Shown here piece by piece: positions 1 to 8,067 of a DNA stretch of 32,000 nt (the stretch's first letter is position 1; each line of letters opens with the position of its first letter). The position numbers were made by a program, and so were the translations under genes. The notes beneath the pieces are model-generated. The model was not told the origin of the DNA. It searched no databases and saw only the letters and a program-made list of their open reading frames with translations. Origin of the DNA: Clostridia bacterium (GTDB lineage: Bacteria > Bacillota > Clostridia > RGIG6154); the NCBI GenBank assembly GCA_045589295.1, contig JAZNOU010000001.1, positions 19,418 through 51,417 on the forward strand, given 5' to 3'.

Positions 1-1121
1 ACAATATTTACGTAGTTAAACATTTTAAACGGCATTGCAACCGAGAGAACAACTAAAAACTGCCATGCATAGCCTTTTGCAACATTTGAAATATTATATG
101 GAAGCAAGACAATATTAGAGAGCAATAGCAAAGCGACGCCTATTGCTGTGCCCAAGGCAATTGCAAGCACAATAAACCTTTTTGCGTAAATCCATGTCGC
201 CTCTTTATCACCTTCGCCGATTTTTTTGCCAACCATAACTGCTGCCGCACCACCTACACCAAAACAAAGAGATGTTAAAATCTGTTCTGTATTCTTTGCA
301 ATTTGATTTGCCGCAACAACTTCTCTGCCTATTCTGCCAAACACCATATTATAGGTACTCATACCAAGCCCCCACATTGTTTCATTTGCGATAACAGGTG
401 TAACTTTTGCAATATACTTACCAAAAAACTCTTTATCAAATTTAAAGTTTTTTACCTTTAGTGCCACAATACTTTTCTTTGCGTAGATATAAATAACAAA
501 TGCCACAATTTCAACAAATCGTGCAATAACGGTTGCAACTGCAGCACCTCTTACACCAAGTGCAGGAAATCCAAGATTCCCAAAAATAAGACAATAATTC
601 ATTAAGGTGTTAACAAGTAATGCAAAAGCGGTAATTATTAGCGGCACGTGTGCTTTTTCGGTAGAGCGGAGCGCAACTGCAAAACAAAAGCTTATTCCAA
701 ACATAGGATAGCAAAAAGCCGCCACTTTAAGATACTCTGCACCAAGCGAAATGATTTCATGGTCATTTGTAAAAATTGCAAGACAGTTTTTCGGGAAAAA
801 TATTGCCAAAGCACTGAAAACCACAGAAACCAACACACACATTACAACTGAATATGCAATTGGTTTTTTTAGGGCATCATAATCACCCTTACCAAAAAAT
901 TGTGCAACAAAAACTGATGTTCCGCTTGATATTCCGAAAACAACTAGAGAAAATATGAAAAACACCTGATTGCCAAGTCCAACTGCCGCAACGGGAAGAT
1001 CACCCAGCGAGCCAATCATAATTGTGTCCAACATATTTAAAAAGGACATCAAAAGATTTTGAAGTGCAATTGGTGTAGCTACTTTTAAAAGCAGTGAAAG
1101 AAAATCTTTATCCTTAAACAT
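1..1121 (-). CDS. MATE family efflux transporter (N-terminal ~373 codons; 3' end lies beyond window start)
   Basis: ATG at 1121-1119. My translation MFKDKDFLSLLLKVATPIALQNLLMSFLNMLDTIMIGSLGDLPVAAVGLGNQVFFIFS... stays open to position 1 and is hydrophobic and MATE-like throughout. It is absent from the ORF track because no stop lies inside the window. Confidence 0.85.
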   Translation of the reverse strand, partial: MFKDKDFLSLLLKVATPIALQNLLMSFLNMLDTIMIGSLGDLPVAAVGLGNQVFFIFSLVVFGISSGTSVFVAQFFGKGDYDALKKPIAYSVVMCVLVSVVFSALAIFFPKNCLAIFTNDHEIISLGAEYLKVAAFCYPMFGISFCFAVALRSTEKAHVPLIITAFALLVNTLMNYCLIFGNLGFPALGVRGAAVATVIARFVEIVAFVIYIYAKKSIVALKVKNFKFDKEFFGKYIAKVTPVIANETMWGLGMSTYNMVFGRIGREVVAANQIAKNTEQILTSLCFGVGGAAAVMVGKKIGEGDKEATWIYAKRFIVLAIALGTAIGVALLLLSNIVLLPYNISNVAKGYAWQFLVVLSVAMPFKMFNYVNI

Positions 1122-1205
1122 TCTTATTCCTTTCTGCATAATTACTCAATATATTATTTTATCATTATAAGGTATATTTGTCAATGAAACCTAAATATTT
1201 AGAGC

Positions 1206-1250
1206 AAAAAAAAGACTGCTTCACTAGGATACGTGAAGCAGTCAAAAAAA
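1206..1250 (-). terminator. Rho-independent terminator downstream of the mecA-like gene
   Basis: Perfect 11-bp stem GACTGCTTCAC (1214-1224) / GTGAAGCAGTC (1233-1243) with an 8-nt loop. On the minus strand it is followed by 8 T (complement of A-run 1206-1213). Confidence 0.7.
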
Positions 1251-1433
1251 GATAGGGATGAATATATAAAAAAGATATTAGCGTGATTTAATGTCTTTCA
1301 TTTACAAATATTATTATACACGCTATTTGTTAACGCTTTATGTCTATTTTGTAAACATTTGCTATTTTTTTAGGTTTTTATATTAAAAAACACATTTTTT
1401 TACACCATTTTTTCTGATAACTATGTCAATAAT

Positions 1434-1988
1434 TTACACCTTTCTACAAAAATGCATACTTATTTTTTCAATCGCAATATCATTTATAAGCGCTTTTGCG
1501 TGTTCTTTTATATATAAATCCGTAAAATCTGTTTTACTTCCATACTCAGAAAGGACTGAAATAAAGTTAAGATAACTTTCTTTAAGACATTTCTGTGTTT
1601 TGACGCAAAGATAGTATTCCTTTGAAAGCAAATATAATGATGATTTAACATTACACATATCCATAACCGCAAGACAAGCACAAATCACATTTTCAAAGTC
1701 ATTATATACAAAAATTTCTGTTTCCTCTTGAGTTAAAATAGCAATATTTGAAACACACGCACTTATAATAAGGTCGCCGTCTACTATTGGCATAAGTACT
1801 ATGTTAAGCCCCCTGTCCTTTATGTCAAATCCTGCAATATAACTTATACTAAAAAAAATCTTTTTGATTTTTCTTATACTCTCGGGACTTCCATCTACAA
1901 TATCTTCAATTTTTACATTTTCTTTTTCCAGGTCCTCTTGTGTTAAATATACATTTAACCTTTTATCGTCTATAATTTTATACCTCAT
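1434..1988 (-). CDS. mecA: MecA-family adaptor protein (ClpC adaptor-like)
   Basis: 184 aa. The N-terminus MRYKIIDDKRLNVYLTQEDLEKENV resembles MecA MxIERINxxTVKFxxxxxDLExRG. The C-terminal FVYNDFENVI...SSLYLLSKEYYLCV...ISVLSEYGSKTDFTDLYIKEHAKALI parallels B. subtilis MecA FGDFEDVI...TTLYSFENRYYLYV...LSILLEYATES...LEEYGKLII. Confidence 0.7.
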   Translation of the reverse strand: MRYKIIDDKRLNVYLTQEDLEKENVKIEDIVDGSPESIRKIKKIFFSISYIAGFDIKDRGLNIVLMPIVDGDLIISACVSNIAILTQEETEIFVYNDFENVICACLAVMDMCNVKSSLYLLSKEYYLCVKTQKCLKESYLNFISVLSEYGSKTDFTDLYIKEHAKALINDIAIEKISMHFCRKV

Positions 1989-2100
1989 CTTCTGTTCCCC
2001 CTATGTTGTATATAAAAATTATACAACACCAAAGCAGAAAAATAAATACAAAATTTATTCATATTAGTGAAGATTTTAGCACAACTACATAAAAAATGGC

Positions 2101-2132
2101 ACAAAAAAGAGGATGCATACTTGCATCCTCTT
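2101..2132 (-). terminator. Rho-independent terminator of ppdK
   Basis: 11-bp stem AAGAGGATGCA (2107-2117) / TGCATCCTCTT (2122-2132) with a 4-nt loop. On the minus strand it is followed by a T-run (complement of 2103-2108). It lies 15 nt past the ppdK stop. Confidence 0.7.
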
Positions 2133-2146
2133 ATAATCTGTAAAGA

Positions 2147-4777
2147 TTATTTATTGTCGTTGATTGCAGCCTGAGCAGCAGCCAAACGAGCGATCGGAAC
2201 TCTGAATGGTGAGCATGATACATAAGTTAAACCAATCTTATGACAGAACTCAACTGATACAGGGTCACCACCGTGTTCGCCGCAAATACCACAATGCATT
2301 TCAGGACGAACTTTCTTACCCATTTCAACAGCCATTTCCATAAGCTTACCAACACCTGTCTGGTCGAGCTTAGCAAACGGATCGTTTTCAAAGATTTTTG
2401 CATCATAGTAAGCGTCTAAGAACTTACCAGCATCGTCTCTAGAGAAACCATATGTCATCTGAGTAAGGTCGTTTGTACCAAAGCAGAAGAACTCAGCTTC
2501 TTTAGCAATGTCATCAGCTGTAAGACAAGCTCTTGGGATTTCAATCATAGTACCAACTTCATATTTAAGATCCGCTCCAGCGTTTGCGATTTCTTCATCA
2601 GCAGTTGCAACAACTACTTCTTTAACATATTTAAGTTCTTTGATATCGCCAACTAAAGGAATCATAATTTCAGGAACCAAGTTCCAGTCAGCGTGAGCTT
2701 TTTTAACATTGATAGCAGCTCTGATTACAGCTTTTGTCTGCATCTTAGCAATTTCAGGATATGTTACTGCAAGACGGCAACCACGGTGACCCATCATTGG
2801 GTTGAATTCGTGGAGTGAAGAAATAATAGCTTTAATATCTTCAACTGTCTTACCCTGAGCTTTAGCGAGCGCTGCAATATCAGCTTCTTCTGTAGGAACG
2901 AATTCATGAAGCGGAGGATCCAAGAATCTGATTGTAACAGGATTTCCTTCCAATGCTTCATAAAGTTTTTCAAAGTCTCCCTGCTGATAAGGAAGAATTT
3001 TTTCAAGCGCTGCTTCTCTTTCTTCAACTGTATCTGAACAAATCATTTCTCTGAATGCAGCAATTCTATCAGCTTCAAAGAACATATGTTCTGTACGGCA
3101 AAGACCAATACCTTCTGCACCAAGTTCACGAGCTTTTTTAGCATCTGCAGGAGTATCAGCGTTTGTTCTAACCTGAAGTGTTCTGAATTCATCAGCCCAC
3201 TGCATAATTCTGCCAAATTCGCCAGCGATTTCAGCATCAACTGTAGGAATAATTCCATCGTAGATATTACCTGTTGAACCATCGATTGAGATGCAATCTC
3301 CTTCAACAAAAGTTTTACCTGCTAATGTGAATTTCTTATTTTCTTCATCCATATTAATGTCGCCGCAACCTGATACACAGCATGTACCCATACCACGAGC
3401 AACAACGGCAGCGTGTGAAGTCATACCGCCACGAACTGTTAAGATACCCTGTGAAGCTTTCATACCTGTGATATCTTCAGGTGAAGTTTCAAGACGAACA
3501 AGGATAACTTTTTCGCCTCTTGCATTCCAGCTTTCAGCATCTTCAGCTGTGAATACAACTTTACCGCAAGCAGCACCAGGAGATGCACCAAGACCTCTGC
3601 CCATAGGAGTTGCAGCTTTTAAAGCTTTAGCATCAAACTGTGGGTGCAAGAGTGTGTCAAGGTTTCTTGGGTCGATCATAGCAACAGCTTTTTTCTTATC
3701 AATCATACCTTCGTCAACAAGGTCACAAGCAATTTTAAGAGCAGCTTTTGCTGTTCTCTTGCCGTTTCTTGTCTGGAGCATGTAAAGTTTTTTGTTTTCA
3801 ATTGTAAATTCCATATCCTGCATATCTCTGTAGTGATCTTCAAGGATTTTGCAAACCTTGTTGAACTCAGCAAATGCTTCTGGGAATTTTTCAGCCATCT
3901 GAGCGATTGGCATTGGAGTACGAACGCCGGCAACAACGTCTTCACCCTGTGCGTTTACAAGGAATTCACCCATAAGACCTGGTTCACCTGTAGCAGGATC
4001 ACGAGTAAATGCAACACCTGTACCGCAATCATCACCCATATTACCAAATGCCATCATCTGTACGTTAACAGCTGTACCCCATGAATAAGGGATATCATTA
4101 TCTCTTCTGTATACATTTGCTCTTGGGTTGTCCCATGAACGGAAAACGGCTTCAACTGCACCCATAAGCTGTTCTTTAGGATCAGCAGGGAAGTCTTTAC
4201 CGATTTTGTTTTTATATTCTGCTTTAAACTGAGAAGCAAGTTCTTTAAGGTCGTTAGCATCAAGTTCAATATCCTGTGTAACACCTTTAGCTTCCTTCAT
4301 TTCGTCGATAAGCTGTTCAAAATATTTCTTACCAACTTCCATAACAACGTCTGAATACATCTGAATAAATCTTCTGTAGCAGTCCCATGCCCAACGAGCA
4401 TTTCCTGTTTTAGCAGCCATTGTTTCAACAACGTCTTCGTTAAGACCAAGATTTAAAATAGTATCCATCATACCAGGCATAGATGCTCTAGCACCTGAAC
4501 GAACTGATACCAAAAGCGGATTTTCTTTATCACCAAATTTTTTGCCGCAAATAGCTTCCATTTTTACAATATTTTCCATAATCTCTGCCTGAATTTCAGC
4601 ATTGATATTACGGCCATCTTCATAGTACTGAGTACAAGCCTCTGTAGATACAGTAAATCCCTGAGGAACAGGAAGACCGATCTTTGTCATCTCAGCAAGG
4701 TTTGCGCCTTTACCACCGAGGAGTTCACGCATTGAAGCGTCGCCTTCTGAGAATAAGTAAACGAATTTTTTACTCAT
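2147..4777 (-). CDS. ppdK: Pyruvate, phosphate dikinase
   Basis: 876 aa. Canonical PPDK N-terminus MSKKFVYLFSEG...RELLGGKGANLAEMTKIGLPVPQGFT, phospho-His region GGMTSHAAVVARGMG, PEP-utilising C-terminal domain. Strong RBS AGGAGGG upstream. Confidence 0.97.
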   Translation of the reverse strand: MSKKFVYLFSEGDASMRELLGGKGANLAEMTKIGLPVPQGFTVSTEACTQYYEDGRNINAEIQAEIMENIVKMEAICGKKFGDKENPLLVSVRSGARASMPGMMDTILNLGLNEDVVETMAAKTGNARWAWDCYRRFIQMYSDVVMEVGKKYFEQLIDEMKEAKGVTQDIELDANDLKELASQFKAEYKNKIGKDFPADPKEQLMGAVEAVFRSWDNPRANVYRRDNDIPYSWGTAVNVQMMAFGNMGDDCGTGVAFTRDPATGEPGLMGEFLVNAQGEDVVAGVRTPMPIAQMAEKFPEAFAEFNKVCKILEDHYRDMQDMEFTIENKKLYMLQTRNGKRTAKAALKIACDLVDEGMIDKKKAVAMIDPRNLDTLLHPQFDAKALKAATPMGRGLGASPGAACGKVVFTAEDAESWNARGEKVILVRLETSPEDITGMKASQGILTVRGGMTSHAAVVARGMGTCCVSGCGDINMDEENKKFTLAGKTFVEGDCISIDGSTGNIYDGIIPTVDAEIAGEFGRIMQWADEFRTLQVRTNADTPADAKKARELGAEGIGLCRTEHMFFEADRIAAFREMICSDTVEEREAALEKILPYQQGDFEKLYEALEGNPVTIRFLDPPLHEFVPTEEADIAALAKAQGKTVEDIKAIISSLHEFNPMMGHRGCRLAVTYPEIAKMQTKAVIRAAINVKKAHADWNLVPEIMIPLVGDIKELKYVKEVVVATADEEIANAGADLKYEVGTMIEIPRACLTADDIAKEAEFFCFGTNDLTQMTYGFSRDDAGKFLDAYYDAKIFENDPFAKLDQTGVGKLMEMAVEMGKKVRPEMHCGICGEHGGDPVSVEFCHKIGLTYVSCSPFRVPIARLAAAQAAINDNK

Positions 4778-4807
4778 TAGTTACCCTCCTAATAATTTAT
4801 CAGAATT

Positions 4808-4836
4808 ATTATACTCTTTTTTCCTCAATTTGTAAA
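4808..4836 (-). promoter_or_regulatory. Sigma-A-type promoter for ppdK (TTTACA-17-TATAAT)
   Basis: Minus strand: TTTACA (complement of 4831-4836), 17-nt spacer, TATAAT (complement of 4808-4813). It sits ~30 nt upstream of the ppdK ATG. Confidence 0.55.
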
Positions 4837-4895
4837 GAGAAACTTTTATAAAAATTATTTTTACTTCTAAAAATATCCAATTATTGTATAATTCA

Positions 4896-4924
4896 TTGAC
4901 TTATTTTGAGGTAACCTGTATAAT
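4896..4924 (+). promoter_or_regulatory. Sigma-A-type promoter for the lipoprotein gene (TTGACT-17-TATAAT)
   Basis: TTGACT 4896-4901, 17-nt spacer, TATAAT 4919-4924 preceded by TG. Divergent from the ppdK promoter. Confidence 0.55.
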
Positions 4925-4961
4925 AATTGACGTATTTTTTGAAGAAAAGAGAAAAATCATA

Positions 4962-5591
4962 ATGAAAAAAGGAATATTTTTGTTTATAATTTCAATCATA
5001 TTGCCATTACTTGCATCATGCTCCCAACAGCACACAGCTGTAACTGCACTGCACATAAACTCAAAAACTGTACGGCTTGAAAGCGATATGACAAAAAATC
5101 TAAGCATAACCGCACATCCTGAGGGAATTGACAGTTCACATTACAGCCTTGTAAGCGAAAATGAATTTGTTGCAGTTTGTAAAGGCAATTCCGTTTGTGC
5201 AGTAAATGAAGGTGAAACTTATGTTTATGCCGTTTCGACAAATGGCAAAATTGAGAGTAACAAAATTAAAGTTATAGTAAGCAACGAAATATTTGATGTT
5301 GCATCAAAAATAATTGCTCTTTCTGTTGAGGAAGAAATCGAAGAACTTAAAATGACAGAAATCACTCCAGAAAAAGCAACACAGATAACAGAAACAAGAA
5401 TATATGAAATTCCCGAAAAATTTACTCCACCCCTTGTCACCGAGGACAACTCCTCCGACACGGTTTACATAACTCAATCGGGAACTAAATTTCATAAAAA
5501 AACTTGTTCGTATGCCAAAAACGCCTCCCCTGTTTCACGAAGTGAGGCGTATGACGATGGAAAAACACCTTGTAAAAAGTGCTGTCCGTAA
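4962..5591 (+). CDS. Lipoprotein with an Ig-like (Big_2-like) domain and a C-terminal His/Cys metal-binding module
   Basis: I moved the start from the track's TTG at 4884 to ATG 4962. MKKGIFLFIISIILPLLASC is a signal peptide plus lipobox (LLAS-C). The middle region looks like a bacterial Ig fold. The C-terminus is FH-x3-C-x21-C-x2-CC-P. Confidence 0.75.
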   Translation: MKKGIFLFIISIILPLLASCSQQHTAVTALHINSKTVRLESDMTKNLSITAHPEGIDSSHYSLVSENEFVAVCKGNSVCAVNEGETYVYAVSTNGKIESNKIKVIVSNEIFDVASKIIALSVEEEIEELKMTEITPEKATQITETRIYEIPEKFTPPLVTEDNSSDTVYITQSGTKFHKKTCSYAKNASPVSRSEAYDDGKTPCKKCCP

Positions 5592-5610
5592 ATTGAATAT
5601 TATCACATTT

Positions 5611-5636
5611 TGAGATAAAAGTCAATATCTCATTTT
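5611..5636 (+). terminator. Weak candidate terminator after the lipoprotein gene
   Basis: TGAGAT (5611-5616) / ATCTCA (5627-5632), a 6-bp stem with a 10-nt loop followed by TTTT. AT-rich and short, so weak. Confidence 0.35.
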
Positions 5637-5673
5637 GAGAAAACATATAATAACACCTAGGTGGTGTAATTAT

Positions 5674-5868
5674 ATGAGATTAAAAGATTTAAGAGAAGAT
5701 TCAGATATTACGCAAAAAGATTTGGCTGAGTATCTTCATATAAAACAAAACACTTATTCGCAATATGAAAATGGTCAAAGGCAACTTCCCATTGACGTTT
5801 TAATTGCACTTGCAAAATATTATAAAGTTTCAACAGATTATATTTTAGGTGTTACCGACAAAAAATAA
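5674..5868 (+). CDS. XRE-family helix-turn-helix transcriptional regulator (64 aa)
   Basis: Start moved to ATG 5674, which has RBS AGGTGGTG 5659-5666. MRLKDLREDSDITQKDLAEYLHIKQNTYSQYENGQRQLPIDVLIALAKYYKVSTDYILG is a typical HTH_3/Cro-CI domain. Confidence 0.85.
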   Translation: MRLKDLREDSDITQKDLAEYLHIKQNTYSQYENGQRQLPIDVLIALAKYYKVSTDYILGVTDKK

Positions 5869-5895
5869 AAGAGATGTTTCTACATCTCTTTTTTA
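5867..5895. terminator. Bidirectional rho-independent terminator (XRE gene / sugar-phosphate isomerase gene)
   Basis: Stem AAAAGAGATGT (5867-5877) / ACATCTCTTTT (5882-5892), 4-nt loop. T-runs follow on both strands. The stop codon of the convergent minus-strand gene (5880-5882) lies in the loop. Confidence 0.7.
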
Positions 5896-6785
5896 TATTC
5901 TTCAAACTGTTTTATAAGTTCTTTTCCTGTAAGGGCTAACAGTTCATAATATTTTTTAGTCAGTTCTTTATTTCCTCTTCCTATTTTAAAGCTCTCGGTT
6001 AACACTTCAAATGTAAGGTCGCCCTGATAATCAACATCTGCAAGTGCTTTCATAACTGCATTCCAGTCCATTTTGCCAAAATACGGAATTGTGTGCATAT
6101 CTTCCTTTAAATCGTTATCGTGAATATGAAGTGCGGTAAGCCTTTTTCCTCCAAGCTCATAAATTGCCTCATTTGCGTGCTGACCGACAAGACTGGAATG
6201 CCCTACATCAAGACAAACTGTAAAATATCTTTCATCAAGTGCATCAAAATAATCTGCAAGTTCTCTGCCGAAGCTACATACATTTGCAACTATTCTTTCA
6301 AACTGTTGAGAATGTTTCCACATATTTTCAACAGCAATTTTTATGTTATGTTCCCTGCAAACAGGAACAAAAGAATTAAAAAACTCAAGATTAAATTCTT
6401 TTTGATTTATATCAGGTCTTGATGTTGTATCAACAGGGTGAACTACTATCTGTTTTGCACCAAGCATTCCTGCCATTTTTATTGAACGCGCAATAAGGGG
6501 TTTTATTCTCTTATTATATTCTTCGGCAGTTTCGTGGGTATCTCTAAAGCGCATACTCGGATATGGTGCATGTGCCTGATTAAAATAAAGGTCATTTTTC
6601 TTTACTTCTTTTAAAAGCATTTTACAGGTTTTTTCGCAGTTTTCCTCTGTAAACTCTTCTTTTTCAATCACATCACGCATAAAGCCCATATCTACGGCAT
6701 CAAATCCGCATTTCTTTGCGACTTCAAGCCCCTCTTCATATCCGAATTCTGAAAAAAGTTGTCTGGTTGTTGTTGAAATTATCAT
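5880..6785 (-). CDS. Sugar phosphate isomerase/epimerase (xylose isomerase-like TIM barrel family)
   Basis: 301 aa. Family-typical features: GFDAVD near the N-terminus, VVHP, AVENM, DVGH and HIHDN metal-ligand-type motifs. Confidence 0.85.
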   Translation of the reverse strand: MIISTTTRQLFSEFGYEEGLEVAKKCGFDAVDMGFMRDVIEKEEFTEENCEKTCKMLLKEVKKNDLYFNQAHAPYPSMRFRDTHETAEEYNKRIKPLIARSIKMAGMLGAKQIVVHPVDTTSRPDINQKEFNLEFFNSFVPVCREHNIKIAVENMWKHSQQFERIVANVCSFGRELADYFDALDERYFTVCLDVGHSSLVGQHANEAIYELGGKRLTALHIHDNDLKEDMHTIPYFGKMDWNAVMKALADVDYQGDLTFEVLTESFKIGRGNKELTKKYYELLALTGKELIKQFEEYKKEM

Positions 6786-6805
6786 AATATATAGTCCTTT
6801 TTAGT

Positions 6806-6821
6806 TATTTCCCGGGAAATA
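6806..6821. repeat. Perfect 16-nt palindrome TATTTCCCGGGAAATA in the LamG-isomerase spacer
   Basis: Read directly. It abuts the LamG-gene stop (6822-6824) and contains CCCGGG, a GC block that is unusual in this AT-rich window. Confidence 0.5.
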
Positions 6822-7961
6822 TTATTTAAAATAAATCGTAATCTCTCCTGCTTCTTCATTCCACGAAACCATTGCACCAAGCCCCTCTGCCACAAATCTG
6901 ACAGGAACATAAACTGTTTCATCTTTTTTCACCGGGTGTACGTTTAGCTTTGAAAATTTGTCATTGACAACTGCATTTGTATCCATAACCCAAATAGAAA
7001 TTTTATCATTTTTTAAAGTTATGTCCGACCTGCCATAGCCATCTGTTTCATCATGAATAATTTTCCCACCCATCTGATTTACAATGAAATCAGATGATAT
7101 CATCATTGTTTCATTTTCTTCAATTAATTGCGGTACCTGAAGTTGCTCACCATTTAATTCAGCAATATCACTTCCAAGTTTCATAACAAGCTTGTTGGTA
7201 TATTTTTCAACTCCCCTTTTGTAAAACTTTTCCGCATCTTGTCTTGAAACCGCATAATCGTAAAATGAAACTTCATCAATTAAGCCCAAAAGATTTCCCC
7301 AAGCACCTTTGCCTATTTCAAAAGTTTTGTTATTGTTGGCAATGGTAATATAGTCAAAAAGTTCAACAGGAAGTACTTCTGCACTTGAAAGAACACCATC
7401 ATAATAATAGTACAAGATATTTTTATCAAAAACAACAGTAAGATTATGCCATTCATTTTTAATTGTATCGTGGTTAAAAAGCTCTTTTGATTTAAAAGAA
7501 TAACTGCCATATTCCGAATTTGAAAGTTTAAAAGTAATATCACTTCTGAAATATGTGTAATTATCCGAAAAATGAATTGAAATAGGACCTTGTGTCACAT
7601 CACCCGCCGTTGATTCTCTTGACAAGAGCATAGGGTCAGTATGAGTTGTATCCGATACATTAAACCAGATTGAAAAAGTAAATTCATCACGGAGTTTTGT
7701 TTTTTCAGAACCGTAAAGTGACAAATGTCCTCCATTTAATCTCACGCCTTTACCTATAATACTTTTATTTTCAAGTTCAAGGTTTCCAAATTCAAGTATA
7801 CCAACACCCTCAACATTATTTACAAGTCCTTTTTCAAAGTTTGTCTCAAGTATTTTGCTGTCAGGTATTTCAAAACTGCTCTCAAGCTTAAAAGCACCGA
7901 AAATAAGACAGAGACATATCAATATAATTACAACTGATATTAATGTTTCTTTAATTCTCAT
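6822..7961 (-). CDS. Membrane-anchored LamG (concanavalin A-like lectin) domain protein with a C-terminal copper-amine-oxidase-N-like stalk domain
   Basis: 379 aa. N-terminal TM helix LISVVIILICLCLIFGAF. LamG hallmark IDEVSFYDYAVSRQDAEKFY (compare LDEVRIYNRALS). C-terminal VYVPVRFVAEGLGAMVSWNEEAGEITI is typical of the Cu_amine_oxidN1 stalk domain. Confidence 0.8.
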   Translation of the reverse strand: MRIKETLISVVIILICLCLIFGAFKLESSFEIPDSKILETNFEKGLVNNVEGVGILEFGNLELENKSIIGKGVRLNGGHLSLYGSEKTKLRDEFTFSIWFNVSDTTHTDPMLLSRESTAGDVTQGPISIHFSDNYTYFRSDITFKLSNSEYGSYSFKSKELFNHDTIKNEWHNLTVVFDKNILYYYYDGVLSSAEVLPVELFDYITIANNNKTFEIGKGAWGNLLGLIDEVSFYDYAVSRQDAEKFYKRGVEKYTNKLVMKLGSDIAELNGEQLQVPQLIEENETMMISSDFIVNQMGGKIIHDETDGYGRSDITLKNDKISIWVMDTNAVVNDKFSKLNVHPVKKDETVYVPVRFVAEGLGAMVSWNEEAGEITIYFK

Positions 7962-7987
7962 TTTAATTCATCCTTTCAACAAGATAA

Positions 7988-8016
7988 ATTATAACTATTT
8001 ATGCCTTTTTTGTCAA
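7988..8016 (-). promoter_or_regulatory. Consensus sigma-A promoter for the LamG gene (TTGACA-17-TATAAT)
   Basis: Minus strand: TTGACA (complement of 8011-8016), 17-nt spacer, TATAAT (complement of 7988-7993). About 27 nt upstream of ATG 7961. Confidence 0.6.
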
Positions 8017-8025
8017 ACTTACGTG

Positions 8026-8054
8026 TTGATTTTAGTAGAATTTTGTTGTAAAAT
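8026..8054 (+). promoter_or_regulatory. Candidate promoter for ogg (TTGATT-17-TAAAAT)
   Basis: TTGATT 8026-8031, 17-nt spacer, TAAAAT 8049-8054 preceded by TG. This would leave a very short leader before RBS GAGGTG (8062-8067), so it is uncertain. Confidence 0.3.
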
Positions 8055-8067
8055 CTATTATGAGGTG

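Noticed and set aside
3291-4084. Plus-strand ORFs of 164 aa (3291-3785) and 146 aa (3644-4084) antisense to ppdK
   Set aside because: They lie entirely inside a high-confidence, strongly codon-biased gene. 3644-4084 is the codon-aligned antisense frame, the same artefact as in malQ. They have no RBS and no recognisable protein features. The short antisense ORFs in the glgP, glgA, glgB, serA and MATE regions (for example 648-851) fall under the same reasoning.
4962-5868. Lipoprotein + XRE pair as a toxin-antitoxin, phage-repressor or mobile-element remnant
   Set aside because: There is no partner toxin-sized ORF, integrase, recombinase, repeat boundary or att-like duplication nearby. The XRE gene is flanked by ordinary terminators and housekeeping genes.
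7855-8067. N-terminal 71-aa extension of the ogg ORF in the track
   Set aside because: It overlaps the 5' end and promoter of the convergently read LamG gene and encodes low-complexity I/L/N-rich sequence. Ogg homology only begins at ISPFDLTDTFECGQCFRW. An RBS GAGGTG sits just before 8068/8074. I trimmed similar track extensions for the same reason (internal ATG with a good RBS at the point where homology or the signal peptide begins): 4884-4961, 5635-5673, 8916-8963, 11221-11229, 14750-14767, 16008-16115, 16999-17040 and 30397-30450.
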